From Candidatus Nanohaloarchaea archaeon (GTDB lineage Archaea; Nanohalarchaeota; Nanosalinia; Nanosalinales; Nanosalinaceae), in assembly GCA_041640035.1 (NCBI GenBank), contig JBEQBC010000002.1, positions 1 to 64,000 on the forward strand: a stretch of 64,000 nucleotides of DNA, written 5' to 3'. The notes under the pieces are model-generated. The model was given only the letters and a program-made list of their open reading frames with translations. It was not told the DNA's origin and did no database searches. Every line of letters begins with the position of its first letter. The first letter of the stretch is position 1. Shown piece after piece: positions 1 through 10,460 of this stretch. A program made the translations under genes and the position numbers.

Positions 1-803
1 GATACGAAACCGACAAAGAAATCGTTGAAGCAATCGGAGACGAATACGCATCCGATATCTACCTGAACCTGTACGAAACAGACGCAACAGATCAGGAAGA
101 AGCATTTGAATACATCGCAAACCAGTCCGGAATCACAAACAATGTAGAAGACAGAGTAACCAACATTCTAGACGACTACCTTCTACCACACCTAGGACAG
201 GAACCAGAACATAGAGAGGAGAAAGCAGAGTTCCTAGCCAACATGATCCGAAACACAATCGCACTAGGAAAAGGAGATATTCAGGAAGACGATATCGACC
301 ACTACGCAAACAAGCGACTGAACCTGGCAGGAGAACTACTTGAAATGCAGTTCAGATCAGTATTCCTCGGAAAATGGGGATTAGTCGCACGAATGAAATA
401 CAACTTCCAGAAATCCGCAAAACGTGGAAGACTTCCAAGCCTTCAGTCCACAGTAGTTTCCGACACCCTCACAAAACAGATCATGGGAGCAATGGCAACA
501 GGAAACTGGGTTGGAGGAAGAACAGGAGTCTGCCAGACACTGGAAAGAAACAACCGTATCAAAACACTTTCACACCTGCGAAACATCGTTTCTCCACTAA
601 GCAGCGACAGACAGCACTTCGAGGCACGAGACCTCCACCCAACACACTGGGGAAGAGTCTGTCCGATCAAGACACCGGAAGGAATGAACATCGGACTCAG
701 AACACATCTCGCTATGAGCGCAGATGTATCAACAGGAATGGGAGAGATGGAGAAGAACGGTCTAAAAGCACAGCTCAACCAGGCAGGTATCAGCACAGAG
801 TGA
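1..803 (+). CDS. rpoB2: RNA polymerase subunit B'' (Rpo2N), 5'-partial
   Basis: Frame is open from base 3 (YETDKEIVEAIG...). Motifs DDIDHYANKRL, ATGNW, LSHLR, EARDLHPTHWGRVCPIKTPEG. Confidence 0.96.
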   Translation, partial: YETDKEIVEAIGDEYASDIYLNLYETDATDQEEAFEYIANQSGITNNVEDRVTNILDDYLLPHLGQEPEHREEKAEFLANMIRNTIALGKGDIQEDDIDHYANKRLNLAGELLEMQFRSVFLGKWGLVARMKYNFQKSAKRGRLPSLQSTVVSDTLTKQIMGAMATGNWVGGRTGVCQTLERNNRIKTLSHLRNIVSPLSSDRQHFEARDLHPTHWGRVCPIKTPEGMNIGLRTHLAMSADVSTGMGEMEKNGLKAQLNQAGISTE

Positions 804-811
804 TCCAAAAA

Positions 812-886
812 ATGAATACCAAAACCGATACTATGAAAATTGACACACTTGAAAACCTGGAAACCATCGTCGAGGAAGTGATTTAG
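812..886 (+). CDS. Possible 24-aa peptide between rpoB2 and rpoB1
   Basis: ATG at 812 follows an SD-like GAGTGAT. MNTKTDTMKIDTLENLETIVEEVI* fills the intergenic gap. Confidence 0.3.
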   Translation: MNTKTDTMKIDTLENLETIVEEVI

Positions 887-891
887 AACTT

Positions 892-2691
892 ATGACAGAT
901 GTATTTCTAGACGGACAGATTATCGACGATGTAGAAGATCCACAGGAAATCAGAGAAAACCTTATCGAAAAAAGAAGAACCGGAGATATCGAGAAAGAAG
1001 TCAGCGTCCACTACAGCGAGGACAAAGACGAGATCCGGATCAACACAGACTCCGGACGAGTAATGCGTCCAACCATCATCGTTGAAGACGGCGAACCTCA
1101 ACTGAAAGATGAGGACCGAGAAAAGCTTGAAGACGGCGAACTGACTCTAGAAGAACTCGAGAACGAAGGAAAGATCGAGTACCTCGACGCAGAAGAGGAA
1201 GAAGACGCATATGTAGCGATGGACGAGGAAGAAGTCACAGAAGAACATACACACCTCGAAATCGATCCAGAGATCATCTACGGAATCTCAGCAAGCCTTG
1301 TAGTCTACCCAGAACACAATCGAGGAGACCGAGTGAACTTCGGAGCAAAAATGAGCGGCCAGGGACTAGGAATGCCGACAAGAGAATTCCACCAGAGATT
1401 CGACACACGAAGCAACATCCTGAGCTACGCACAGAACCCAATCGTAGAAACAAATACTTACGACGAACTTCTCGGACAGCATCCGATCGGACAGAACATG
1501 ATAGTCGCGCTCGCATCCTTCGACGGATACAACATCGAGGACGCAGTAATCATGAACCAGGCCTCAATCGACAGAGGAATGGCCCGATCCACATACCTCC
1601 GAAAGTACCAGACAGAAGCACAGCGTTACTGGGGAGGACAGCAGGACGAGATCGGAATCCCGGACAAGGATGTACGAGGATACCGAAGAGAAGAAGTTTA
1701 CAGCCATCTAGACGAAGATGGAATCGCAAACCCAGAGACAGATCTGGACAGCGACGATGTAATCGTCGGAAAAGTCTCACCACCTAAGTTCCTTGGAAGC
1801 AGCGGTGGAGAAGAGATCCAGATGGGACTGGCAGACAAGCGAGAAACCAGTCTATCCGTAAGACACGGAGAACAGGGTAAGGTCGACACAGTAATGGTTT
1901 CCGAGACAAGTGACGGAGACAAACTAATCAAGACCAAATTAAGAGAATACAGAATCCCGGAACTTGGAGACAAGTTCGCAACACGACACGGACAGAAAGG
2001 AACCGTCGGAATGATAGTACCGGAAGAGAACATGCCTTTCACAAAGCAAGGCGTCACACCGGACATCATCCTTTCCACACACGCCATCCCAAGCCGTATG
2101 ACCGTGTCACAGCTGATCGAGATAATCGCAGGAAAAGCAGCAGCTATGCGTGGAGAACAGGTCGACGGAACCGCATACCACAACGAGGACAAGGACGAGA
2201 TCCGAGAACAGCTTAAGGAACTTGGCTTCAAGAGATCCGGTAAAGAGACAATGTACAACGGAGTAACCGGAGAAGAAATGGAAGCAGACATCCTGGTCGG
2301 ACCAGGTTACTACCTCAAGCTAAGCCACATGGTTGGAGACAAGGTCCACGCAAGAAGCAGAGGACCAGTCACACTGCTGACAAAGCAGCCAACCGAAGGA
2401 AGAAGCCAGGAAGGAGGACTCCGACTTGGAGAGATGGAAAAGGATGTCTTCGTAGGACACGGAGCATCCCTACTCCTCAAGGAACGGTTCGGAGCTGACA
2501 GCACAGAGATCAAAGTATGTGACGACTGTGGAGAAATCGCAGTTGAAGACCATGAAGAGAACGAGGTCTACTGTCCGAACTGTCACAGCGGAGACCATGA
2601 TGAAACCGAAATCCCACATGCATTCCTGCTACTACTTAACGAGCTAAAATCCATGATGATAGACACAGAACTTCAGGTTGAAGATGAATAG
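892..2691 (+). CDS. rpoB1: RNA polymerase subunit B' (Rpo2C)
   Basis: GYNIEDA, GDKFATRHGQKG, HAIPSRMT, QPTEGRSQEGGLRLGEME, and a C-terminal CxxC...CxxC. Confidence 0.98.
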   Translation: MTDVFLDGQIIDDVEDPQEIRENLIEKRRTGDIEKEVSVHYSEDKDEIRINTDSGRVMRPTIIVEDGEPQLKDEDREKLEDGELTLEELENEGKIEYLDAEEEEDAYVAMDEEEVTEEHTHLEIDPEIIYGISASLVVYPEHNRGDRVNFGAKMSGQGLGMPTREFHQRFDTRSNILSYAQNPIVETNTYDELLGQHPIGQNMIVALASFDGYNIEDAVIMNQASIDRGMARSTYLRKYQTEAQRYWGGQQDEIGIPDKDVRGYRREEVYSHLDEDGIANPETDLDSDDVIVGKVSPPKFLGSSGGEEIQMGLADKRETSLSVRHGEQGKVDTVMVSETSDGDKLIKTKLREYRIPELGDKFATRHGQKGTVGMIVPEENMPFTKQGVTPDIILSTHAIPSRMTVSQLIEIIAGKAAAMRGEQVDGTAYHNEDKDEIREQLKELGFKRSGKETMYNGVTGEEMEADILVGPGYYLKLSHMVGDKVHARSRGPVTLLTKQPTEGRSQEGGLRLGEMEKDVFVGHGASLLLKERFGADSTEIKVCDDCGEIAVEDHEENEVYCPNCHSGDHDETEIPHAFLLLLNELKSMMIDTELQVEDE

Positions 2692-2702
2692 GTGATCCAA
2701 AA

Positions 2703-5174
2703 ATGAAACACTTACAAGAAATCGACTTTTCAATTCTCAGCTCCTCAAAAGTTGAGAACATGGCAGTCAAAGAGATAGACAAAGCAGAAGTATACGACGC
2801 AGACGGATTCCCTGTAGAAGACGGAGTCATGGATCCAGCGCTTGGAGTAATCGACCCAGGAATGACATGTCAGACATGCGGCGGAAGAATCAGAGAATGT
2901 AAAGGACACTTCGGAAAAATCACACTTTCCCGTCCTGTCGTCCATGTACTGTACGCAAAGAAAGTCAGAAACCTGCTAAGATTCACATGCCACGAATGCA
3001 ACAGCCTAGTCATCAAGGACGAGGACAAGGCACTGCGTAAATCCAACATGCCTAACAACTGTCCTGAATGTGACGCAGAAGCACTAGACGCAGACCTGGA
3101 CAAGCCATACACATATTACCAAGATGGCGAAAAGATGACACCGGAAGAAATCCAGGAAAGACTGGAAGAAATCGATCCAGAAGACGCAGAAGTACTCGGA
3201 GTAGAGAACAACGACCCAGCAGACCTGGTAATCGACACCCTGCCGGTACCGCCTGTAACGATGCGTCCTTCAATCACACTGGAGACAGGAGAAAGAAGTG
3301 AGGACGACATCACACATAAACTGGTCGATGTAATCCGGATTAACAAACGGCTTCAAAACAATATTGAAATCGAGGCACCGGACTTCATTATCGACGACCT
3401 GCATGAACTGCTTCAGTACCATGTATCAACACTATTCTACAACGATATGAGCAGCGTACCTCCAGCACGCCATAGATCAGGTAGAAGCCTGAAATCAATC
3501 GTCGAGCGTGTACAAGGTAAGCAAGGAAGATTCCGACAGAACCTTATCGGAAAGAGAGTCAACTTCTCAGCCCGAACAGTAATTACACCAGATCCTAACA
3601 TAGGGATCAACGAAGTCGGAGTACCTTACATGGTAGCTAAGAAACTGACCATACCAGAGAAAGTGACAGAGAGAAACTACGATGAAATGGTTGAAGCAGT
3701 GAAGAGAGGTCCAGAAGAACATCCTGGCGCCAACTATGTATACCAGCCTGATGGCGGCCGAAGAAGACTTACAGATGAGAACTGTGAGGAAATGGCCGAG
3801 ATGATCGAACCAGGTGAAGGATGGAAAGTCGAGAGACATATCCAAGACGACGACACAGTACTTTTCAACCGTCAGCCATCCCTGCACCGAATGTCCATCA
3901 TGGCACACAAAGTCAGAGTCCTACCGTACCGAACCTTCCGTCTAAACCTGAATGTCTGTGCACCTTACAACGCAGACTTCGACGGAGACGAGATGAACCT
4001 GCATGTCCCACAGACAGAAGAAGCACGAGCAGAAGCAGAAGAACTGATGCTTGTACAGGAACACATCAAGTCACCGAAGATGGGCGGACCGATCGTAGGT
4101 ATGCTTCAGGACTATGTATCAGGACTATACCTACTGACACAGGAAGACCGTACACTGAGCAGAGAGAAAGCACTCAACCTACTAGTAGAAGCAGGAGAGT
4201 ACGAAGCAGAACTACCTGACAAGGAAGAAATCACAGGTAGAGAACTTGTCTCACTGTTCATCCCAGACGACATCTCCCTGACAATCAACGAAGGAGAAGA
4301 CGACGAAGTAGTAATCGAAGAAGGAGAACTTGTCAAAGGAGTACTTGACGAGGACGCACTGGGAGACTACGGTGGAGAGATCATCCAGCAGCTAGATATT
4401 GAATACGGAAGCGACAAGGTTGCTGAGTTCCTCAACCGCGTATCACGGGTAGGAGCAATCTTCCTGACACAGAGAGGATTCTCCATCAGCCTAGAAGATC
4501 TCGAGATCAGCGACGAATCAACACAGGAAATCCACGACATCGTGGATGAGACCGTTGATGACACAGAAGAGCTGATCACAGAGTACGAACAGGGTAAGAT
4601 GGAAGCGATCACCGGAAAGACAATCGATCAGACAAGAGAGATCAAGATCACCAAGAAGCTGAACGAAGCATTCACAGAGATCGGAGACCTTGTATCAGAA
4701 CAGGTTGACGACGACTCATCAGCTTACATCATGGCAGACTCCGGTGCAAGAGGTTCACTTCAGAATGTTACAACCATGGCCGGACTTCTAGGACAGAACT
4801 CCGTCCGTGAACAGAGAATAGAGAGAGGATACAAGCAGAGAACTCTCAGCCACTTCAAGAAGAATGAGCTAACCGCAAGATCAAGAGGATTCGTGTCCTC
4901 AAGCATCCTTGAAGGACTGGATCCACAGGAGATATTCTTCCACCAGATGAGCCAGAGAAAGGCACTGATGGACAAGTCACTCCGTACCAAGACTTCAGGA
5001 TATATGTATAGGCGTATCTCGAACTCCTTGCAGGACTTGAAGGTAGGATACGATCAAACTGTGCGTAATGCACAGGGCGATATCATCCAGTTCCGTGCCG
5101 GTGAGGACGGAATCGATCCTCAGAAGTCTGACAGAGGTAAAATCTCAACAAACATCTCAACAGATCAGAATTAG
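2703..5174 (+). CDS. rpoA1: RNA polymerase subunit A' (Rpo1N)
   Basis: Catalytic NADFDGDEMN, FNRQPSLH, GKRVNFSARTVI, and a CxxC...C..H zinc site. Confidence 0.98.
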   Translation: MKHLQEIDFSILSSSKVENMAVKEIDKAEVYDADGFPVEDGVMDPALGVIDPGMTCQTCGGRIRECKGHFGKITLSRPVVHVLYAKKVRNLLRFTCHECNSLVIKDEDKALRKSNMPNNCPECDAEALDADLDKPYTYYQDGEKMTPEEIQERLEEIDPEDAEVLGVENNDPADLVIDTLPVPPVTMRPSITLETGERSEDDITHKLVDVIRINKRLQNNIEIEAPDFIIDDLHELLQYHVSTLFYNDMSSVPPARHRSGRSLKSIVERVQGKQGRFRQNLIGKRVNFSARTVITPDPNIGINEVGVPYMVAKKLTIPEKVTERNYDEMVEAVKRGPEEHPGANYVYQPDGGRRRLTDENCEEMAEMIEPGEGWKVERHIQDDDTVLFNRQPSLHRMSIMAHKVRVLPYRTFRLNLNVCAPYNADFDGDEMNLHVPQTEEARAEAEELMLVQEHIKSPKMGGPIVGMLQDYVSGLYLLTQEDRTLSREKALNLLVEAGEYEAELPDKEEITGRELVSLFIPDDISLTINEGEDDEVVIEEGELVKGVLDEDALGDYGGEIIQQLDIEYGSDKVAEFLNRVSRVGAIFLTQRGFSISLEDLEISDESTQEIHDIVDETVDDTEELITEYEQGKMEAITGKTIDQTREIKITKKLNEAFTEIGDLVSEQVDDDSSAYIMADSGARGSLQNVTTMAGLLGQNSVREQRIERGYKQRTLSHFKKNELTARSRGFVSSSILEGLDPQEIFFHQMSQRKALMDKSLRTKTSGYMYRRISNSLQDLKVGYDQTVRNAQGDIIQFRAGEDGIDPQKSDRGKISTNISTDQN

Positions 5175-5188
5175 AGGTGAATCAAATT

Positions 5189-6301
5189 ATGACAGAACAA
5201 GTTAAGTGGAAGGAACGAGCACAGGAACTCCCTGAGAAGTATCAGGGACTTGACCTGGACGAGGAAGCAGAGGAAAACCTGAAGGAACGGTATGAGCAGA
5301 TGCAGTACGAACCTGGTGAAGCTATCGGGATCGTTGCTGCACAGTCACTTGCCGAACCTGCAACTCAGATGACAATGGAAACATACCACCAGGCAGGAGG
5401 CGCCCAGGTATCCCTTACCGCAGGTCTACCACGACTGGAAGAGATCGTGGATGCACGCCGGAACCCTAAGACACCGGCGATGGATGTTTACCTGAAAGAA
5501 GAGTTCAACAGCAAGGAAGATGCAAAGAGACTTGCAAGAAAGCTTCGAGAGGTAAAGTTCCAGGACCTTATCCGGAAGGACACCATCGATATCATGCAGC
5601 TGCATGTAGAGTACGAACTAAACCCTGACCTACTGGACGACTACGATATCACAACTGAAGAAGTCAAGGAGCAGGTCAAGGACTCAGTCAGAAAAGCCAA
5701 GGTAACAGTAGATGAAAACACAGTTACCCTAGAGAGCAGTGAAGAAGACTACGACCTCAGAGACCTCAAAGACTTGAAGAACAAGACCGAAGACGCCCGA
5801 ATTAAAGGAATCAAAGGCATCGAACAGGTCGTCATCAACGAGGACGACGGTGAATGGCAGCTTCAGACAGCCGGAAGCTCACTGAGAAAAACCCTGAAGA
5901 TCAAGGAAGTTGACGCAACCAGAACCATCAGCAACGACTTATTCGAGATCCACAGAGTTCTGGGAGTAGAAGCTCTCCGTAAACGAGTAATCGAGGAGAT
6001 CAACGATACACTGGCGAAGCAGGGAATCGGAGTAGACAACCGTCACATCATGCTTCTTGCAGATATGATGACCAAGGAAGGAGAGCTCAACGGAACCACT
6101 CGTTACGGAATCGTTGGCAACAAGGAATCACTACTCGCAAGAGCAGTCTTCGAGGAGACTAAGAAGCATCTCCGTGAGGGATCACTGAAAGGAGAGACCG
6201 ATCCAATTGAAGGAGTTGTCGAAAACATCGTAACGGGTCAGCCTGTGCCGGTTGGAACCGGAGAGGTAGACCTCAAACCAGGCTTCCAGGCCGACGAGTA
6301 A
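5189..6301 (+). CDS. rpoA2: RNA polymerase subunit A'' (Rpo1C)
   Basis: EPGEAIGIVAAQSLAEPATQMTM, GLPRLEEI, RHIMLLADMMT. ATG 5189 was chosen because GAGGTGA lies just upstream. Confidence 0.97.
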   Translation: MTEQVKWKERAQELPEKYQGLDLDEEAEENLKERYEQMQYEPGEAIGIVAAQSLAEPATQMTMETYHQAGGAQVSLTAGLPRLEEIVDARRNPKTPAMDVYLKEEFNSKEDAKRLARKLREVKFQDLIRKDTIDIMQLHVEYELNPDLLDDYDITTEEVKEQVKDSVRKAKVTVDENTVTLESSEEDYDLRDLKDLKNKTEDARIKGIKGIEQVVINEDDGEWQLQTAGSSLRKTLKIKEVDATRTISNDLFEIHRVLGVEALRKRVIEEINDTLAKQGIGVDNRHIMLLADMMTKEGELNGTTRYGIVGNKESLLARAVFEETKKHLREGSLKGETDPIEGVVENIVTGQPVPVGTGEVDLKPGFQADE

Positions 6302-6366
6302 AACCATTTAAAAAAACTTCCTCTTCATTTACTTTATACAAACATACACATAGAAGGCATCAAATT

Positions 6367-6789
6367 ATGGCTACAGCAACATACGACACAGAAATGATCC
6401 GGAACATCAACATGTTCGAGTCACTGACAGATGTAGAAGTTAGAGACTGCATCATCAAGGAAGAAGAAGCTTACTTCATCGTCCCAGAAGGAAAAGCAGG
6501 GATGGCAATCGGAAAAGGCGGAAAAGTAGTTCAGAAAGTACAGGACCGTCTTGGAAAAGAAGTAAAGATCTACGAGTACAGTGACAACCTAGGAAAGTTC
6601 ATCTCAAATGTAATTCCAAGCAACCTGAGAGGAGTAGACATCACAGAAGAAGACGGAGAGAAAAAAGTAGAGATCAGCGTACCTCAGGACAGCAAGGGAC
6701 GAGTAGTAGGTAAGAACGGAGACAGAATCGACACAATCAGAGAGATCCTCAAGCGAACTCACGGCGTAGACGAAGTAACAGTCCGATAA
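6367..6789 (+). CDS. nusA: Archaeal NusA-like transcription factor (two KH domains)
   Basis: GMAIGKGG and GRVVGKNG KH loops; conserved position after rpoA2. Confidence 0.93.
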   Translation: MATATYDTEMIRNINMFESLTDVEVRDCIIKEEEAYFIVPEGKAGMAIGKGGKVVQKVQDRLGKEVKIYEYSDNLGKFISNVIPSNLRGVDITEEDGEKKVEISVPQDSKGRVVGKNGDRIDTIREILKRTHGVDEVTVR

Positions 6790-6950
6790 ACCAACCCAAT
6801 TTTTTGTCAACCTGAACTTTTTGGACTCGCTAAGTCGACAAACTTCAACACAGTGACTAGAACATGCAGTAGATGTTTCCCATGCGGATCATACATAACG
6901 AACTAGATGTACCCGGTTCTTTAACTAGAATCAACTAGAATTGTAATTCT

Positions 6951-8510
6951 ATGAATCCGGTAAGAAGAGAGATCAGTGACATCAAGAGATTCAACGAAAT
7001 AATCCGGACACTCGTATCAGAGGAAACAAGTTTTATTCTAGACAAACTTAACCTCGGCAACCATGTACCGTTCACCAAACGCGTTAAGATGGAGAAAGAG
7101 GTACCTCCACCGGAAAGACTCAGGCACACACTGGAAGAACTGGGAACCACATTCATCAAATTCGGCCAGATAATGGCCCAGAGACCAGACATCCTACCTC
7201 GAAGATACACGGAAGAACTTCAGAAACTGGAGGACTCAGTAAAACCTTTCTCAACGGAAAAAGCCCGTGAAATAGTAGACAAAGAAATCGGACTAGAAAA
7301 ATTTCAAAACTTCAGCGAAGAACCTGTAGCAGCAGCATCCATAGCACAGGTACACGAAGCCACAACACAGGACGGAGACCGAGTCGCAGTAAAAATACGG
7401 AGACCAGGAATCAAAGAACAAGTGGAGAAAGACCTGGAGATATTGCATTACTTGGCGAGAAGAGCTGAGAAGCACAGCGAAAGACTTGAACACCTACAGG
7501 TATCCGATATAACAGATGAATTCGCGGAATGGACCAGAAACGAGCTGAACCTGGAGAAGGAGAGACGGAACGCTGAGAGACTGAAAGGAAATCTTGAGGA
7601 AGAGGAAATGATAAAAATCCCAGAAACATACCCGGAACTGACCTCACAGAAAGTAATGACCATGGAGTACATCGAAGGCGTCAAATGCACTAACAAGGAG
7701 GAACTGCAGAAACTTGATATCGATGCCGAGGAAATAGCAGAGACCGCTGTCCGCGCAGGGCTTAAACAAAGCATCCGAGACGGTTTCTTCCACGCAGATC
7801 CACACCCATCCAACTTCCTGATAATGGAGGACAGCAAACTGGCATACCTTGACTTCGGGATGATGGGACAGCTCAGCAAGGAGATGCGGACAAAGTTCGG
7901 ACTGCTTTTCATACATACAGCGAATGAAGATATCGAAGGTGCAGTCAACACGATCAAAGACATGGCGCATCTGGAGCCTGATGCAGATATCGAAGCGTTG
8001 AGAGAGGAGCTGGACAAGAGGATAACCTTGGTGAAGAACTCAACTCTGGATGAGCACAGTATCAGTAAGGAGATGTTTGAGCTGGCGGTTCAGTCAGGAG
8101 AATACGGAGTACACATGCCGACAAGCTTTGCTTTGATCGGGAAAAGCCTGATGACCATGGAAGGCATAGGATTGACGATTTACCCGGAGTTCAGGATGGA
8201 AGATGAATACAGCAAGATGGCGCAGAAAATAGTCTTGAAGAACAACGCACCGGATCCGAAGTCCGCGGTTATCGACATGATACAGAACAAGGATTTGATA
8301 GAGAAACCTTTCACAAAGATGAGAGAGGATAACCAACAGCAGGACATCAATGTGACGGTTGAGCAAAAAGAGGACAGAGGAGATGAGATAATCACCGCCA
8401 GCCTGATGTTGGGAGGAGTATTCCTTATTACACAGCAGAATCCGAACCTGAATATTCTGGGTTCAGCTTCTCTGGCAGTAGCGGCTTACCAGATGCTGAA
8501 ACAGCTCTAG
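6951..8510 (+). CDS. UbiB/ABC1 (AarF) family atypical kinase with C-terminal membrane segments
   Basis: LGTTFIKFGQ, AAASIAQVH, VAVKIRRPG, FFHADPHPSN, LDFGMMG. Confidence 0.92.
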   Translation: MNPVRREISDIKRFNEIIRTLVSEETSFILDKLNLGNHVPFTKRVKMEKEVPPPERLRHTLEELGTTFIKFGQIMAQRPDILPRRYTEELQKLEDSVKPFSTEKAREIVDKEIGLEKFQNFSEEPVAAASIAQVHEATTQDGDRVAVKIRRPGIKEQVEKDLEILHYLARRAEKHSERLEHLQVSDITDEFAEWTRNELNLEKERRNAERLKGNLEEEEMIKIPETYPELTSQKVMTMEYIEGVKCTNKEELQKLDIDAEEIAETAVRAGLKQSIRDGFFHADPHPSNFLIMEDSKLAYLDFGMMGQLSKEMRTKFGLLFIHTANEDIEGAVNTIKDMAHLEPDADIEALREELDKRITLVKNSTLDEHSISKEMFELAVQSGEYGVHMPTSFALIGKSLMTMEGIGLTIYPEFRMEDEYSKMAQKIVLKNNAPDPKSAVIDMIQNKDLIEKPFTKMREDNQQQDINVTVEQKEDRGDEIITASLMLGGVFLITQQNPNLNILGSASLAVAAYQMLKQL

Positions 8511-8567
8511 CCACCACTGCCTAACAACCGGGTATAAAAAACTTAACTTCTAGATTTAGTTGTACAA

Positions 8568-8990
8568 ATGGGTCTATACAACGCACGGAAAATGAAGAAA
8601 AAGCGACAGCAGTACCGCTGGAGCGACATTGACTATAAAAGAAGGATGAAGAACCTCAAGGAGAAATCAGACCCACTTGAGGGAAGCCCACAGGGGCGTG
8701 GAATCGTACTTGAAAAACGAGTAATCGAAGCAAAACAGCCAAACTCCGCGCTACGAAAATGTGTAAGAGTACAGCTGCTTAAAAACGGTAAACAGCTGAC
8801 AGCATTTGTTCCAGGAGACGGAGCAATCGACCACATTGACGAGCACGACGAAGTTCTTATCGAAGGAATCGGAGGAGCCGACAACGGACCAAAAGGAGAT
8901 ATCCCGACAGTCCGATACCAGGTCGTCAAAGTTAACTCCGTATCACTTGAAGAACTAGTAGCCGGAAACCAGCAGAAGCCAACACGGTGA
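8568..8990 (+). CDS. rps12: 30S ribosomal protein S12 (uS12)
   Basis: [24 protein letters not shown]. Confidence 0.97.
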   Translation: MGLYNARKMKKKRQQYRWSDIDYKRRMKNLKEKSDPLEGSPQGRGIVLEKRVIEAKQPNSALRKCVRVQLLKNGKQLTAFVPGDGAIDHIDEHDEVLIEGIGGADNGPKGDIPTVRYQVVKVNSVSLEELVAGNQQKPTR

Positions 8991-8997
8991 TGACATA

Positions 8998-9624
8998 ATG
9001 AGTAACGCAGCCAAGATACAGACGGAAGACGAACTACTGACCTTCGGCCGATGGGACGCCGAAGAAGCAGAAATCGAAGATGACGGACTTGTAAGATACC
9101 TTAACATGGAGAACATCATGGCTCCAAGAAGCAAGGGCCGTCACACAGAAAGACAGTTCTACAAGGCAGATGTACCTGTAATCGAAAGACTTCTCAACCA
9201 CCTGTATGTAGCAGGACACAGAGGAAACAAGCACTACATCACATCCGGAAAGAACACCGGAAAGAGCCAGAAACTCTGGAACCTCCTAGAACAGACAATG
9301 GAAGAGATCGAAGAGGAAACAGGAGAGAACCCATTCCAGGTGCTTGTCCAGGCTATCGAGAACAGCGCACCAACAGAAGAAGTCGTCACATACCAGCGTG
9401 GAGGAGTCAGAGCACGAAAGGCAGTGCTTGTCGCTCCACAGAGACGAACCGACCTTGCTCTAAGACTGCTCGTTCAGGGAGCATACGAGAAGCGACTTGC
9501 AGATAAAGACAAGGCATACAAAGTTCTCGCTGACGAGATCATCGGCGCAGCCGACAACGACAACGACATCAGAGCAGTCAGAGAGAAGCAGCGTAAAGAA
9601 AAGGAAGCAGAAGGCGCACGATAA
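8998..9624 (+). CDS. rps7: 30S ribosomal protein S7 (uS7)
   Basis: NPFQVLVQAIENSAP, VAPQRRTDLALR; follows rps12. Confidence 0.96.
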   Translation: MSNAAKIQTEDELLTFGRWDAEEAEIEDDGLVRYLNMENIMAPRSKGRHTERQFYKADVPVIERLLNHLYVAGHRGNKHYITSGKNTGKSQKLWNLLEQTMEEIEEETGENPFQVLVQAIENSAPTEEVVTYQRGGVRARKAVLVAPQRRTDLALRLLVQGAYEKRLADKDKAYKVLADEIIGAADNDNDIRAVREKQRKEKEAEGAR

Positions 9625-9684
9625 AAACCTCTGCCTTCCCTCAACACATATCTCTTTTTTCTACTTTCAGTTCAAAATACTTCT

Positions 9685-9984
9685 ATGGAACAGCGTTTCT
9701 GCCCCAACTGCGGCTCAACCAATGTAGAGCCAGACCAGCGTAAAACCAACATGCTGGGCGAGATAATAGCCAATCCCAATAAATGGTACTGCCGTGAATG
9801 CAATTACACCGGACTGATGCCAGAAGGCAGCCCAGAAGACTACGAGGAAGATATCAAGGACTTGGAGTTCGATGAAAACGAACAACCTGATATCGATACC
9901 GATCTAGGCAGAGGATACACCAAATATGTCCTCTATATACTACTTCCAATAACCATCATATACCTGATAGTACTTCTCCTGTAA
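9685..9984 (+). CDS. Small zinc-ribbon protein with C-terminal TM helix
   Basis: CPNCGS...CRECNY and a hydrophobic tail VLYILLPITIIYLIVLLL. Confidence 0.75.
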   Translation: MEQRFCPNCGSTNVEPDQRKTNMLGEIIANPNKWYCRECNYTGLMPEGSPEDYEEDIKDLEFDENEQPDIDTDLGRGYTKYVLYILLPITIIYLIVLLL

Positions 9985-10028
9985 CAGGATAGCTTATTTT
10001 AATACAATCAAGAACTATTTGTCAATAT

Positions 10029-10460
10029 ATGGAATTTTCAAACCAGAAAGCAGAACGCTACAGCAGTCTAGCCATCAGATACTCCATAGCCATAATCTAC
10101 TTCTGGTTCGGAATACTGAAACCCTTGGGACTAAGCCCCGCAGAAGACCTAGTGACCGCTACCTTGTTCTTTCTTCCACCACAGGCCGCACTGTACCTGA
10201 TAGGTGTTTGGGAGATGATGATCGGAGTACTGATGCTGCACCGGAAAACAGTCAAATACAGTCTCGCACTACTATTCCTGCATCTACCAGGTATCCTCTC
10301 CCCGATAGTATTCATGCCGGAGCTGATATTCCAGAAGTTCCCACACTCTTTGACACTTGAAGGACAGTATGTATTCAAGAACCTGATAATAACAGGTGCA
10401 GCACTGAAATTAGCTTCAGAACAGTTCGATTTAAAGAAGATTGAGGAAAAATACCTATGA
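10029..10460 (+). CDS. DoxX-like membrane protein
   Basis: IRYSIAIIYFWFGILK, GVWE, TLEGQYVFKNL; several TM helices. Confidence 0.75.
   Translation: MEFSNQKAERYSSLAIRYSIAIIYFWFGILKPLGLSPAEDLVTATLFFLPPQAALYLIGVWEMMIGVLMLHRKTVKYSLALLFLHLPGILSPIVFMPELIFQKFPHSLTLEGQYVFKNLIITGAALKLASEQFDLKKIEEKYL

Noticed and set aside
374-886. 170-aa ORF overlapping rpoB2 in another frame
   Set aside because: It is a basic, R/K-rich shadow frame over a conserved gene. Only its last 24 codons lie in intergenic space and are listed separately.
6856-6941. Repeated ACTAGA hexamers, including tandem AACTAGAAT, upstream of the ABC1 kinase
   Set aside because: They are too short and irregular for a CRISPR or iteron call. 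They could be an operator, but nothing else supports that.
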